The notes below the pieces were generated by a model, which saw only the letters and a list, made by a program, of their open reading frames with translations, was not told where the DNA came from and made no database searches. DNA of 64,000 nucleotides from the NCBI GenBank assembly GCA_016234595.1, contig JACRBG010000011.1, forward strand, positions 37,227 through 101,226, in the 5' to 3' direction. The translations under genes and the position numbers were made by a program. This document shows, piece after piece, positions 34,870-46,178 of the stretch. How positions within the stretch are numbered: position 1 is the first letter of the stretch; each line of letters begins with the position of its first letter. Source of the DNA: Chloroflexota bacterium. GTDB lineage: Bacteria; Chloroflexota; Anaerolineae; Aggregatilineales; J027.

Positions 34870-36165
34870 TTATGGGAGTAGACCTAAGTAACGGCATACA
34901 GCAGCTGGAATCTTACCTTCTTGGCACAAGCGCTGCGCAATAGCCAGCAAGGTTGGATCGTCAAATATGATCTGCTGGATGACACCGCCAATACCAGAAG
35001 CAATGATAATCACAGGAATACTAATGGGATGATTAGTGATATTGGTTGGCAAATTGCCTAGTGGAGTCAAAGCCAAAGCATCCGCCCGTGTCATTCGTAA
35101 TAACCTTGGACGCCCGCAACGTTGATCAAGACCTTTGTCGTCCTTGTCCCCTTCAACCCCGAGGTCTTCAGGGGCACGCAAGCACAATCTTGCTTTGTGA
35201 CCCGGCGGGATAATGAGTTCATTGGATGTGCCGGGGAATAAGGTCGTCAAACCACCCAATGTATAAACTTCCAAGACACGGCTTGAGGGAAGGCGGAAAA
35301 CTGAGGTGGCTTCCTCTAACCGCACATCGACTTCATTGACGCGCATGTCTACCTGTTCGAATTCGGATGGACTCTGGGCAACCATCAGCGGTGGTAGTGT
35401 TTGCAAACGGCATTGTTGGCTGAGAGCAGATGTTGTTAGATAATATTCCTGCATGGGGGTGCGGCTATCGGGGCCAATCTTGGGTAGGCTGCTAATATCA
35501 GGTGATCCCAAATCTTCGACTTTCACCCAGCCATTTTGTTTCTCAAATAGGACGCGCACGTAGTTACCATCTAAACTAGCTGCATCGGCAAATAAATTCT
35601 CACCAACGGCTAGAGTGCCTAAAGTTTCCGAAAAATCGAAACCTTTAAATACTTGGGTCTCAGCGCTCGTGCTCACAAAGCTTGGCTCAGCTGGAACATA
35701 TTCTGTTTCTGGCTCAACCTCAGATTCGATTTGACCATCCCCAATCAGTACAAGGGACGCGGCATCCACAGAGCTATGGATATTGGCCTGTGGCTTGACG
35801 ACGGTAATGCCATATTCGGAAATCGAGGTGTTGATGGCTGAAGTCACCAATGATTCAATCTTGGTTAATTCAGCTCGGTCACCGGGGTCACTGATGAGAG
35901 CATTATCTGCCAGATTTGTGAATGCTGGGGTGACCTTTTTAAAACCATAACAGGCGGAATTGCGGTCTAGATTGCCACAATTGGTGCCTGCTTGAGCAAA
36001 TGCATCTTGAACCAGCTTGGCACAGACATCAGTTTGTAGTGATGAAATAGGCAATAATGGAATTTCGGACTGTGCATGACTGGATTGAGGTATATTGACT
36101 AGAAATAATACAATTACAACAAATACAAGGGTTAAATGTCTTAATCTCATCTCTAACGTCCTCAA
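34870..36165 (-). CDS. Secreted hypothetical protein (paired Cys, SH3-like segment)
   Basis: 431-aa ORF with signal peptide ending in SHAQ; YVRVLF...GWVK segment. Confidence 0.7.
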   Translation of the reverse strand: MRTLEMRLRHLTLVFVVIVLFLVNIPQSSHAQSEIPLLPISSLQTDVCAKLVQDAFAQAGTNCGNLDRNSACYGFKKVTPAFTNLADNALISDPGDRAELTKIESLVTSAINTSISEYGITVVKPQANIHSSVDAASLVLIGDGQIESEVEPETEYVPAEPSFVSTSAETQVFKGFDFSETLGTLAVGENLFADAASLDGNYVRVLFEKQNGWVKVEDLGSPDISSLPKIGPDSRTPMQEYYLTTSALSQQCRLQTLPPLMVAQSPSEFEQVDMRVNEVDVRLEEATSVFRLPSSRVLEVYTLGGLTTLFPGTSNELIIPPGHKARLCLRAPEDLGVEGDKDDKGLDQRCGRPRLLRMTRADALALTPLGNLPTNITNHPISIPVIIIASGIGGVIQQIIFDDPTLLAIAQRLCQEGKIPAAVCRYLGLLP

Positions 36166-36346
36166 CCTCTCCTAAAATAATATGTACGGGTGAGTTTCAT
36201 TGAATTAGCACATAGAATAACATATCAATTGTGCCACAGATTTAATTTTAGTACAATTTTACACTAGGCAGTTTTCTCAAAAAAAGACCATAATGTCTTT
36301 AATAATAACTATAATTCATCGGCATCTTGGCTAGAAACTAAACTCT

Positions 36347-38065
36347 ATGGAGCTTACTCAATACATTCGTCTTTTCAGAAAGTGGTTATGGCTTATTCTT
36401 TTGGTAGCGTTTTTGGGTGGAAGTAGTAGCTTTATCTTCCGCAGCCGCCAAGAAAAAACCTATCAGGCACAAGCCACCATTTTTGTTGGTAGTTTCCGCG
36501 AAGACCCCAATCCGGGTAGTGGTGAAATTAACACAGGTACCCAACTGGCAACGACCTATGCAGCGTTAGCCACGACCTATAGCATTGCCCAAGCTGCGGT
36601 CGAGGCTGGAGGATTTCCAATTTCTCCTGATGGCCTGCGCGGCAGTATTACGACCAGCATTGTTCCTGATACCTCTCTTTTGGTTTTGAGTGTTACCTAT
36701 ACCGACCCTATCTTAGCTGCGGATATGGCGAATCAGGTTGCAGAACAGCTTATTCTGAATAGCCCAACAAATTTGACATCCGACCAGCAAAGCCAACTTG
36801 ATTTAGCCAACGCTGAAATATCACGGCTGACAGGTGAGCTTGAAAAAGCCCGTCAAGACTTGAATGTGATAGATGGTCAAATATCAACTGCAACTGATCC
36901 TGAGGAAATTCAAAGTTTAACTGATCGTCGGGACACGTTAGTAGCCCAAATTACCGATATTTCTTCAACCATTGCGCAATATTCTAGTACCGTCGAGAAT
37001 TTGCGTCGGCGGACCAATTCCCTCGAAATCATTGAGCGGGCACGTGTACCTAGTAGCCCCACTGGTACAGGAACACTTCAAGTTACTTTACTTGGTGCAA
37101 TGGTAGGAGCAGCTTTGGCTTTTGGGGCAGTTCTACTCATTGAATATTTGAATGACACCATTAAAGTGCCGGAGGAAGTAACCCAACTTATATCCGTGCC
37201 AGTTTTAGGGACAATTTTTCGGTTTGGGAAATCGAGCGAAGGCTATTCAAAACGCTTGATTACGTATTTACAGCCGAACTCACCTGTCTCAGAAAGTTAT
37301 CGTTCTCTCCGCACAAACCTCCTCTATACTGCACAAAATGGCTCAAAACAAGCCTATATTGTGACGAGCCCCGGCCCAGAGGAGGGCAAGTCTGTTACTG
37401 CTGCCAACCTAGCTGTGGTGATGGCAACTGCCGGACTACAAGTATTGTTGGTAGATGCAGATTTGCGCCGACCCAAAGTTCATGAAATCTTCGATTTGAA
37501 GAACGAAATTGGTTTAACGACGCTGTTGTTCGCCGATCCAACAAATCCCTCAAAACCTTCAGACGTAGATGCTGAAAAGAGTAACGCCGAATTCGCTACA
37601 CGGTTACGTCAATGTATTCAAAGCACATCTATCCCACGCCTGCGTGTCATCACTAGTGGTTTTATTCCCTCTAATCCCGCAGAAATTTTGGGATCGGCTT
37701 TGATGAAACGTTGGTTTGATCTCTTTCAATCTTCTACCAATATTGATGTTATAATATTCGATACACCACCTGTGTTGGTGGTAGCAGATAGTGCCGTTTT
37801 AGCTGCGACTATCAATGTTCCAATTTTGCTGGTTCTCCAAGCAGGGCGAACACGCCGGGGTGCAGCCTTACGCACTAAGGCACAACTGGATACGTTGGGA
37901 GCCGAGTTGGTGGGGGTTTCGTTGAATCAACTGAATCCTGCCGAACAAAATTATGGCTATGGCTATGGTGGTGGCTATTACTACTACTATGCCAACTCCG
38001 AAAACGGACAAGGTCAACTTTCGGCGTGGAGGCGTCTAGTCAATCGTTTTAAAAAGCCCAATTAG
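36347..38065 (+). CDS. Polysaccharide co-polymerase / tyrosine autokinase (Wzc/CapB-like)
   Basis: Wzz-like N-term, SPGPEEGKS, DADLRRP, IFDTPP, Tyr cluster YGYGYGGGYYYYY. Confidence 0.93.
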   Translation: MELTQYIRLFRKWLWLILLVAFLGGSSSFIFRSRQEKTYQAQATIFVGSFREDPNPGSGEINTGTQLATTYAALATTYSIAQAAVEAGGFPISPDGLRGSITTSIVPDTSLLVLSVTYTDPILAADMANQVAEQLILNSPTNLTSDQQSQLDLANAEISRLTGELEKARQDLNVIDGQISTATDPEEIQSLTDRRDTLVAQITDISSTIAQYSSTVENLRRRTNSLEIIERARVPSSPTGTGTLQVTLLGAMVGAALAFGAVLLIEYLNDTIKVPEEVTQLISVPVLGTIFRFGKSSEGYSKRLITYLQPNSPVSESYRSLRTNLLYTAQNGSKQAYIVTSPGPEEGKSVTAANLAVVMATAGLQVLLVDADLRRPKVHEIFDLKNEIGLTTLLFADPTNPSKPSDVDAEKSNAEFATRLRQCIQSTSIPRLRVITSGFIPSNPAEILGSALMKRWFDLFQSSTNIDVIIFDTPPVLVVADSAVLAATINVPILLVLQAGRTRRGAALRTKAQLDTLGAELVGVSLNQLNPAEQNYGYGYGGGYYYYYANSENGQGQLSAWRRLVNRFKKPN

Positions 38066-38215
38066 TGAGTATTTATGGAGAACAAAAATAGGATTCAAAT
38101 GATTCTGGGTTATTTATGAAATTGAAATTGCACTTTGATCATTTGGATTTGTTTTCATTTCTCCATTAGTGATTCACAACGTTTTGATAAAAGTGTTCAG
38201 GAGATAGATATCCTA

Positions 38216-40126
38216 ATGAAAGGGTTTTTCCGAGGACTTTTTTATGCCATTCGGATTAAGCGCTTTGCAGCTTGGGCCACTATCGACGCACTCATCATCT
38301 TATTTGCGTATCTCATTGCTTTTTCCGTTCGTGCTGTTACTACCCCTCTATCGCCGTTTATTGATAGTTTCCCCTTCATAGCTCTTTCGGGTTGCATCAT
38401 AATCTCTTCCCTGTATATTGCCCGTGTGTATCCTCGCGTCTGGAGCAAAACCGGGGTACATGGCCTGACGAACCTAATGGGGGGGGTCATTATTGCAACT
38501 GCGGTGATATTGTTTATTGATATCATCGCATTCCGACACGACCGCCCACTTCCTCTTAGCGTTGTGATGGTGGCAAATGCGCTGGCTTTTGTTGGTTTTA
38601 CCGCCATCCGCTATAGATCACGTCTAGTCACAGGTGTTCGTTGGCGCTGGAACGCCATTTGGAATCAAGAATTCCCAATTAAAGCGTCTGAGCGGGTACT
38701 TCTTGTCGGAGCAGGTGAGTCGGGACAAATCCTCGCTATTCGGTTTAGAAATCGAGAGGTGAATAGTCACGACTATAAGGTGGTCGGGTTTGTAGATGAT
38801 GATCCTGCTAAACAGGGCTTCATGATTGAGGGGTATCGAGTATTAGGTGCTTGTGAAGATATTCCGACGATTGTGCAGAACTACCAAATTGATCTGGTTG
38901 TGATTACCATCCATAACATTTCGAGCAGAGACCTCCACCGTATTCTCACCCTTTGCGAGAAAACAGATGCCGTAATTAAGCTTGCTCCTGATGTACTTGC
39001 CTCGATTAGTAAAAAAACACATACTCCTCTACTACGCGACATGGAGGTAGAGGACTTTATTGGCCGAAAGCCCATTGGTAAGAACGAAGCAGTGGATTTA
39101 TCCGCTGTCTCAAAGAAAGTCATTCTAATCACCGGTGCCGCTGGCTCTATTGGTTCTGAACTGAGTCGTCAAATTTTGGATTACGAACCGGCTTGTGTGA
39201 TTTTGCTTGATAACAACGAAAGCGGCCTGCATGACCTTGTGATTGAGCTAAAAACTCGGTCAGGTGACTTAAAGCTGATTGATATTTTGGCCGACATCAC
39301 TCATCGGTCATCTTTAGAGTGCTTATTTGGGCAATACAAACCCCAGGTGGTGTTTCACGCTGCTGCATATAAGCATGTACCTCTATTGGAGAAGTATCCT
39401 GATGAAGGGGTACGAGTCAATATCGGCGGCACCCACAATCTAGCGGGGCTGGCTCAAGAACACCATGTTGAGCGTTTTGTTTTGATTTCGACAGATAAGG
39501 CGGTCAACCCAGCTAGTGTGATGGGTGCCACCAAACGGATTTGCGAATTACTGATGTATGGCTTTTCCAAACGACATGAAAATCGTACACTGTTTACTTC
39601 CGTTCGGTTCGGCAATGTCCTAGGTAGTCGGGGAAGTGTGGTGCCGACCTTTAACAAGCAAATCGACAATGGTGGGCCTGTAACCGTCACACATCCTGAG
39701 ATGACACGCTATTTCATGGCGATTCCGGAAGCGGTCAATTTGGTTATTCACGCGGCCTGCCTGACACAAGGCAACGATCTCTTCATGCTTCATATGGGTG
39801 AGGTGGTTAAGATTGTGGAACTGGCTGAACGCATGATTCGGATGCGTGGCCTTCGACCCCATAAAGATATTGTGATTGAATTCAGTGGTATTCGACCCGG
39901 CGAGAAATTGCATGAAGAATTGCATGCAGGCGGGGAAGCCACCGAAGGGACTATTCATCCCAACATTGAAAAAGTGATGGGTGAAGAGGTGAATTTTGAT
40001 TGTAATTTGTTTTTTGAAAGAGTTCTGTTGCTACTTGAACAAGGTTTACTTCCTAAAGCTAATCCCTTATCACAACTTCAGGGAGTTGTAAGTTCTACTG
40101 ACTTAATGGACAATGCAGCAGACTAA
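38216..40126 (+). CDS. Membrane-bound UDP-sugar 4,6-dehydratase (CapD/PglF-like)
   Basis: GAGESG, GAAGSIGSEL, STDKAVNP, RFGNVLGSRGSV, GIRPGEKLHEEL. Confidence 0.93.
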   Translation: MKGFFRGLFYAIRIKRFAAWATIDALIILFAYLIAFSVRAVTTPLSPFIDSFPFIALSGCIIISSLYIARVYPRVWSKTGVHGLTNLMGGVIIATAVILFIDIIAFRHDRPLPLSVVMVANALAFVGFTAIRYRSRLVTGVRWRWNAIWNQEFPIKASERVLLVGAGESGQILAIRFRNREVNSHDYKVVGFVDDDPAKQGFMIEGYRVLGACEDIPTIVQNYQIDLVVITIHNISSRDLHRILTLCEKTDAVIKLAPDVLASISKKTHTPLLRDMEVEDFIGRKPIGKNEAVDLSAVSKKVILITGAAGSIGSELSRQILDYEPACVILLDNNESGLHDLVIELKTRSGDLKLIDILADITHRSSLECLFGQYKPQVVFHAAAYKHVPLLEKYPDEGVRVNIGGTHNLAGLAQEHHVERFVLISTDKAVNPASVMGATKRICELLMYGFSKRHENRTLFTSVRFGNVLGSRGSVVPTFNKQIDNGGPVTVTHPEMTRYFMAIPEAVNLVIHAACLTQGNDLFMLHMGEVVKIVELAERMIRMRGLRPHKDIVIEFSGIRPGEKLHEELHAGGEATEGTIHPNIEKVMGEEVNFDCNLFFERVLLLLEQGLLPKANPLSQLQGVVSSTDLMDNAAD

Positions 40127-40144
40127 AAGATTTTTGAGGAATTG

Positions 40145-42187
40145 ATGGCAACTACCGATATTGAAAAGAGCGTTTCCGCAGAAACGCTCCAACCCGAGAA
40201 ACTGCATAAGCGACGTAGACGACGCAGCAGCCAATTTAAGATTACTCGTCGAGTTCAAAAACGCCTCCGTAAATTTAGATGGCGAGTCATAGTGATTACA
40301 TTTGTAGTGGTTGTTCTGGTGGCAATTGCGGGAAGTGCGGTACTGGTTGTTGATTCCCTAAGCCGAGTACAAACATCGCAAACAAGCCTGAACCGATTAT
40401 TGGATTCGCTCAATACTAAACCTGCTAATGAATGGACATATACCGATTTTGAACGTCTGCAGGGGGCGATCACTGAACTGCTGAATTCATTGGAATCGGC
40501 AGAGCAAAGGGCTTTTTTGGCGCGCCCCTTCGCCAGATTCAATGATGATCTCGCTGGTGTTATGGACATGCTGGATGCTGCCCAAGAATTAGGCACCGCT
40601 ACCAACGCTATGCTAACGGGGTTGCAGCCAACCTTGTTTTATCTAACGGAAGGCCAACAAGATGATTCCCTTGCTGTGCAAGGCTCATCGGGAGAACGTG
40701 CCGTTGAATTGTTGACTCTTGGTCGTGGGAGTTTTGCAACCGCTAATCAGCATCTGACAAGTGCCGATAATATCCTCAATTCACTTAACTCAGGCGGGTT
40801 TTCTGCTGACCTTTTATTGGTGGAACAAGACCTGTTGGCGTATTATGACCAATTGCTGGAAATTAATCAGATTTTATTGGAATCACCAGAGCTTTTGTCA
40901 GTGGCGCTTGGCCTGAATGACACGCAAAGCTATTTGGTTCTGGCTCAAAACAGCGACGAAATCCGCCCATCCGGTGGTTACATCAGCACATACGGTTGGA
41001 TGACTGTCCGAAATGCTCGTGTCGTTAATTATGATTACAGCCCAACTACGGAAACTAGCCCTAATCCACCCCCTGCATCAATGGCAAGCGAATTAGATAT
41101 TCCTTCATGGTGGATTCAATATGGTCAACCGATTTATGAGGCATGGGATGCCAGTTGGTATGCCGACTTTCCAGCCACTGCAAAAATGGCAGCTTGGTAT
41201 TATGACAATGGCAACAATCCACAATCACCAGTAGATGGGGTAATTGCCATTGATATGGTCGGCTTTGAATATCTGGTGGAAGCGCTCGGAAGTGTGGTTG
41301 TCCCTGAATACAATGAGGTCGTGACCGCCGAGGATTTCCGGGATGTCATTTATCGTATCCGTGCCGAGGGAGAGGGATCACTTCCTCACAAGCAATTCTT
41401 GGTAGCCCTTTACAAGCAAATCATTAATGACTGGCAGAAGGCCCCAGCCGAGAAAAAAGATGATTTGCTAGGTGCCCAGCTTCGCGCCCTCCGCGAAAAA
41501 CACATCATGTTATATTTCGGCGATGAATCATTAAATAATGCAGTGGAAATCTTGAATTGGGCAGGGCAGGTTGATGCAGGGACTGAGAACGATTATTTAT
41601 TGGTGGCCGACGCCAATGTTGGGGCAAATAAGTCGGGACGATCAATTCATCGTCAAATCACCTATGATGTCGAGATTAAATCGGATGGAACACTCAATAG
41701 TCGCGTGACGATTGCCTATGATTATTCTGCGGCTGTTGCTGAACTCGATCCGGCGGTGCGACCAGAGCATTATCGGGATATTGATTATTACAACACCCTT
41801 CAAGTGATTACCCCTGCTGGAAGCACATTGGTAGATAGCTCAGATATGCTCAATATCGTTCACACCGTGAATCAGCTCGAAAATACAACATTTGTCACTT
41901 TGACCAAAATTCCCTACGATACCGCAGAACGGCTTCAGTTCTCTTATTCGACGCCTGCATTGGTTGAAATATTCGGCTCCTATCGACGTTATCGGTTGCA
42001 CATTCAAAAGCAGCCAGGTATTGTTAATGATCTAGTGAGCGTGCAGGTTCGCTTGCCAGTAGCTGCAAAAATTATTGATACGTCCATTGAACCCAGTGCC
42101 AGTTTTACGTTAGAGCAACCAATATTGGAATTTCGTACCGATTTGAGTCGGGATCAGTGGATTGAGATTATTTTCCAAGAGCATTGA
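40145..42187 (+). CDS. DUF4012-like membrane-anchored protein of EPS loci
   Basis: YLVLAQNSDEIRPSGGYIST, VDGVIAID, ANKS motifs; N-terminal TM. Confidence 0.75.
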   Translation: MATTDIEKSVSAETLQPEKLHKRRRRRSSQFKITRRVQKRLRKFRWRVIVITFVVVVLVAIAGSAVLVVDSLSRVQTSQTSLNRLLDSLNTKPANEWTYTDFERLQGAITELLNSLESAEQRAFLARPFARFNDDLAGVMDMLDAAQELGTATNAMLTGLQPTLFYLTEGQQDDSLAVQGSSGERAVELLTLGRGSFATANQHLTSADNILNSLNSGGFSADLLLVEQDLLAYYDQLLEINQILLESPELLSVALGLNDTQSYLVLAQNSDEIRPSGGYISTYGWMTVRNARVVNYDYSPTTETSPNPPPASMASELDIPSWWIQYGQPIYEAWDASWYADFPATAKMAAWYYDNGNNPQSPVDGVIAIDMVGFEYLVEALGSVVVPEYNEVVTAEDFRDVIYRIRAEGEGSLPHKQFLVALYKQIINDWQKAPAEKKDDLLGAQLRALREKHIMLYFGDESLNNAVEILNWAGQVDAGTENDYLLVADANVGANKSGRSIHRQITYDVEIKSDGTLNSRVTIAYDYSAAVAELDPAVRPEHYRDIDYYNTLQVITPAGSTLVDSSDMLNIVHTVNQLENTTFVTLTKIPYDTAERLQFSYSTPALVEIFGSYRRYRLHIQKQPGIVNDLVSVQVRLPVAAKIIDTSIEPSASFTLEQPILEFRTDLSRDQWIEIIFQEH

Positions 42188-42392
42188 AATTTAACCTAAT
42201 CACAGATCTCATAAAATTACAATATAGGTGTTATTGATATTTGCCTCCTTGTTCAATGGTAGTGAATAATTTCTATTGTTTTCCCTAATTGACATGGACC
42301 CTATGCATCTAAAATCGAGGTGTTTGCAAAAATCTAAGCCGGAACTTTTATTCTTTTGATTAATACTCAATAGGGATTGAGGAATCGTAATA

Positions 42393-44270
42393 ATGTGTGG
42401 CATCGTTGGAGAGTTTGTATTTCAATCCCATCTATTCGATCACAATTCTACTACCATAAAACATCTCAGTAACTTGATGGTACGGCGCGGGCCAGATGAC
42501 GAAGGATTTTGGACGGACGGGATTTGTTGTAATTTTGGATTTAGGCGATTATCAATCCTTGATCTGTCTCCAAATGGACACCAACCTATGCTCACACCTA
42601 ATGAGCGTTTTGCGTTAGTCTACAATGGCGAGCTTTATAACTATCAAACCATCAGAAACCGATTAGTTCAAAGAGGAGTGCGCTTTCGCTCGACTGGTGA
42701 TAGCGAAGTTATTCTCTATGCATTAGTAGAATGGGGGCCTTCTATACTAAATGATTTTAATGGTATGTTCGCTCTTGCATTTTATGATCGAGTGGATCAA
42801 AAGTTATTATTAGCCCGTGATCATGCGGGCATTAAGCCTCTTTATTATATGGCGACAGAGCAAGGTGTTGTCTTTGGCTCTCAATATAACCAGTTGCTGA
42901 CCCATCCACTTTCCCAAAAACTATCCGTCCGCCCCGAATGTCAAGCTTTATATTTACAATTAGGCTATCTCCCTGCGCCATACGCGCTGCTCGAAAATAC
43001 TCATATGGTTTCACCAGGAACATGGATTGAATTTAACCGAGAAGGGCAGCGAGAAGGTCGTTTTTTTTCTTTTCCATGCTATCAAGCGCCTGACTTACAT
43101 GGAGAAGAGGCTTTTGAAGCGGTTAATGCGACTATTACTGAAGCAGTCCGGCGCCAAATGATGAGCGATGTTCCGCTTGGAGCTTTTCTGTCTGGCGGCA
43201 TAGATTCTCCATTAGTGACAGCAAAGATGGTGGACGCATCTAATAAACGAGTTAAGGCATTTACTATCAGTAACTCTTTTGATGCACTGGATGAGACTGA
43301 GGATGCAAAGGCCTATGCACAGGAGCTTGGCGTAGAGCATATTTGGGAAGATATCACTCCCCAAAAAATCCTTGTACTACTCGAGCAAGTCACATCTGCT
43401 TGCGGAGAACCACTGGCAGACTATTCTATTTTCCCTACTCTTTTAGTTTCTCAATTGGCTCGACGGCATGTTACCGTTGTTTTATCTGGTGATGGAGGAG
43501 ATGAATTATTCTGGGGATATGTAACCCGATTTGGAAAAATTCTGTGTAATGCGGAAGCTTTTGCCCAACCACACTGGCTGCGCCTCGCGCGATGGGGCTT
43601 CCAAAAAGCGATAGATGGCGGAACAGCGGCTACCCACAATTTAAGATGGAAGACGATAGGACAGCGTTATCAAGCCTCGCATAGCACATTACCGTTAAGT
43701 AGGTATAGAAAAATTTTCCCAGATTTACCTGACCTGCCTGTTGATTTTTCGTTGTTTGATTATGCGGGTCACGATATAGGAGAAACAGCACAGTGGTTGC
43801 GCTGGAATGAGATGACAGGTCACCTAACCAGAATTTTGCTGAAGGTGGATCGAGCTAGTATGTATCATTCCCTCGAGGCGCGAGTACCCCTCCTTGATAA
43901 AGAGGTTGTTCAGGTGGCTGCTCGAGTAGATTGGGCCTCTTGTCTAGATTTGAGGACTTCTACTGGTAAGCTGCCATTGCGTCAAGCATTAGAACAGCAT
44001 GTGAAGTATCAGACCCATGTCAAACGGGGATTTTATATTCCTTTTGGAGAATGGCTACGAGATGACCTAAAGGCACTTTTTGAAGAGAAAGTCATTCAAA
44101 GAAATTATCTTTTGGGGCTACCTATTAATCATCTGGCTCTCCAGAACTTGTTTGATCAACACTGTGCCAACCGGGGTAATTATATTGTGTCGTTATGGAC
44201 ACTTTTGAGCCTTGCTTTATGGGAAGATTCGCATTATATCCAACGTGGTGCCCTATGCGCCTCACTCTAG
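42393..44270 (+). CDS. asnB: Asparagine synthase-like glutamine amidotransferase
   Basis: N-term MCGI, RRGPD, SGGIDS, SGDGGDELFWGY, LEARVPLLD. Confidence 0.93.
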   Translation: MCGIVGEFVFQSHLFDHNSTTIKHLSNLMVRRGPDDEGFWTDGICCNFGFRRLSILDLSPNGHQPMLTPNERFALVYNGELYNYQTIRNRLVQRGVRFRSTGDSEVILYALVEWGPSILNDFNGMFALAFYDRVDQKLLLARDHAGIKPLYYMATEQGVVFGSQYNQLLTHPLSQKLSVRPECQALYLQLGYLPAPYALLENTHMVSPGTWIEFNREGQREGRFFSFPCYQAPDLHGEEAFEAVNATITEAVRRQMMSDVPLGAFLSGGIDSPLVTAKMVDASNKRVKAFTISNSFDALDETEDAKAYAQELGVEHIWEDITPQKILVLLEQVTSACGEPLADYSIFPTLLVSQLARRHVTVVLSGDGGDELFWGYVTRFGKILCNAEAFAQPHWLRLARWGFQKAIDGGTAATHNLRWKTIGQRYQASHSTLPLSRYRKIFPDLPDLPVDFSLFDYAGHDIGETAQWLRWNEMTGHLTRILLKVDRASMYHSLEARVPLLDKEVVQVAARVDWASCLDLRTSTGKLPLRQALEQHVKYQTHVKRGFYIPFGEWLRDDLKALFEEKVIQRNYLLGLPINHLALQNLFDQHCANRGNYIVSLWTLLSLALWEDSHYIQRGALCASL

Positions 44271-45469
44271 TTGTTACAATGTTTCCAAGCGTTTCAGAGA
44301 CCTTCATTTTTCGTAAAGCAGTGGGATTAGCAGCACGTGGTCATGAAGTCCACCTGATTACCCACATACTCGGTGATTGGAAACCTTTTCAATCCGAATT
44401 ACCCTTGCCGCCAACCCTCTCGATAATCGTGCTTCCCCAGTGGAAACCGTACAATGTTAGGGCTTCCTTTATTACGACACGGCAAATTGTTCTGTTATTT
44501 TTAAGGCTAGGGTGCTATCCTGTATCAGCATGGAAATTATGGTTGCTCTGTTATCGGAAAGCGAGACCGAAGTCAGCACTCCGCCAATTTGTAAAATATC
44601 TACCTTTCCTTGGTCTACAACCGGATATAATCCACTTTGAATTTTTGGGGGTTGCAGCTAATTATCCATTAATGGGTGAATGGCTGAATGTTCCAATCGC
44701 ACTGAGTTGCCGAGGAGCTGATTTACATTTGTTGGAGCAGCGCCATCGCTTGATAATTGAAAAATATACTGCATGTCTCCGTCAAGCGAATGCTGTCCAT
44801 TGTGTATCGGATGAGATGGCTTTGGAGGTAACTCGCTTAAGTGGGCGCACCGAAGGTATTTGGGTCAATCGGCCAGCGGTCGCAGTAGAGCAAATCTCAA
44901 TGCGACCCATGGAAGTAAATGGGGTTCCGCCAAAAATAATTGCCGTAGGGCGGCTGGTCTGGAAAAAAGGATTTGATTATTTGTTGGCCGCATTGCTGAA
45001 AATAAAACAGCAACAAATTGATTTCATTGCCGAAATAGTTGGCGGCGGCCCTTTATATGAAGGGCTCAAGGCAACTGTCTCCTCACTTGGCCTCAGCGAG
45101 TGCGTCATATTAAGTGGGCCACTGCCCCCGGTTCAAGTAGTGCAACGGCTTCAACAATCTGATATTTTTGTTTTAAGTAGCCACGAAGAAGGAATTAGCA
45201 ACGCTTTCTTAGAAGCAATGGCAGTTGGCTTACCCGTTATTACCTTTGATGTCGGAGGGATGCGTGAGGCTATATTGGATGGCAGAGAGGGCTATATCGT
45301 ACCCGCACGAGATGTGGCACGTTTGGCTGAAAGAATAGCTGACCTACTGAAAGATAATGAGCAACGCAAGCAAATGGGTATGGCCGCCCGTCAACGAGTA
45401 GAGACGGAATTTGCGTTGCAACGACAGGTGGAAACTTTTGAACAGATGTACTTTATTTTGACCCAATAA
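44255..45469 (+). CDS. Glycosyltransferase family 4
   Basis: AVGRLVWKKG, EEGISNAFLEAMAVG; start ATG 44255. Confidence 0.92.
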   Translation: MRLTLVVTMFPSVSETFIFRKAVGLAARGHEVHLITHILGDWKPFQSELPLPPTLSIIVLPQWKPYNVRASFITTRQIVLLFLRLGCYPVSAWKLWLLCYRKARPKSALRQFVKYLPFLGLQPDIIHFEFLGVAANYPLMGEWLNVPIALSCRGADLHLLEQRHRLIIEKYTACLRQANAVHCVSDEMALEVTRLSGRTEGIWVNRPAVAVEQISMRPMEVNGVPPKIIAVGRLVWKKGFDYLLAALLKIKQQQIDFIAEIVGGGPLYEGLKATVSSLGLSECVILSGPLPPVQVVQRLQQSDIFVLSSHEEGISNAFLEAMAVGLPVITFDVGGMREAILDGREGYIVPARDVARLAERIADLLKDNEQRKQMGMAARQRVETEFALQRQVETFEQMYFILTQ

Positions 45470-46178
45470 AACACAATCGATTGGCTTCTAGCCCAAAACG
45501 ACGGAGGTGATTTGCTCCCACGATTTCAGCAGCACTGAACCTTCGGACTGTGAAACCAACGCTAGTAAGGCGATCTGGATAATCTTGGCCATAGCGTCGT
45601 ACATGATCTTCTTGTCCAAATAGCCGCAATCGCTCGTTAGGATCGGTTATAGATGGGTCTTCAGTCGTAATCTCAGCAGTAATTGGGACATCCAATGCAG
45701 CCCAACCGCCCGCCTTTAGTACACGCCAAATTTCTTGCATAGCTTTGTAATCATTATGTATATGCTCTAATACATGGCTGCAATATACCACATCGAATGT
45801 ATTGTCTGAGAAACTTATGGCTGTGATGTCCATGTTGACATCTACATGATTGCCAACTATATCTGACGTGATAGAGTCCAAATGCTCTAGTTTGCGAAAA
45901 CCCTTTTCCAAATAGCCCTCTGGTGCAATATGCAACATTTTTTTAGGTTGCCCGTCAAATAAACTCGTATGTTTTTCTAGTACCAACCACGCTAAACGAT
46001 GTCTTTCTAATGAACCACAAACTGGACACTTAGCATTTTGGCGGCGAATAATTCCAGCCTCTTGAAGCAAGCGAATATGACTTTTGCATATTGGGCAGTA
46101 ATATCTATTGCCTAAATAAAAGAGCTTCTTAAGGGGATAACGTAAACGAGTTTTGAGTGTGTCAACGAGATACATCAT
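45453..46178 (-). CDS. Methyltransferase type 11-like protein with N-terminal Cys pairs
   Basis: CPIC..CPVCGSLERHR, MDIT, FDVVYCSHVLEH. Confidence 0.85.
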   Translation of the reverse strand: MMYLVDTLKTRLRYPLKKLFYLGNRYYCPICKSHIRLLQEAGIIRRQNAKCPVCGSLERHRLAWLVLEKHTSLFDGQPKKMLHIAPEGYLEKGFRKLEHLDSITSDIVGNHVDVNMDITAISFSDNTFDVVYCSHVLEHIHNDYKAMQEIWRVLKAGGWAALDVPITAEITTEDPSITDPNERLRLFGQEDHVRRYGQDYPDRLTSVGFTVRRFSAAEIVGANHLRRFGLEANRLCFIGSK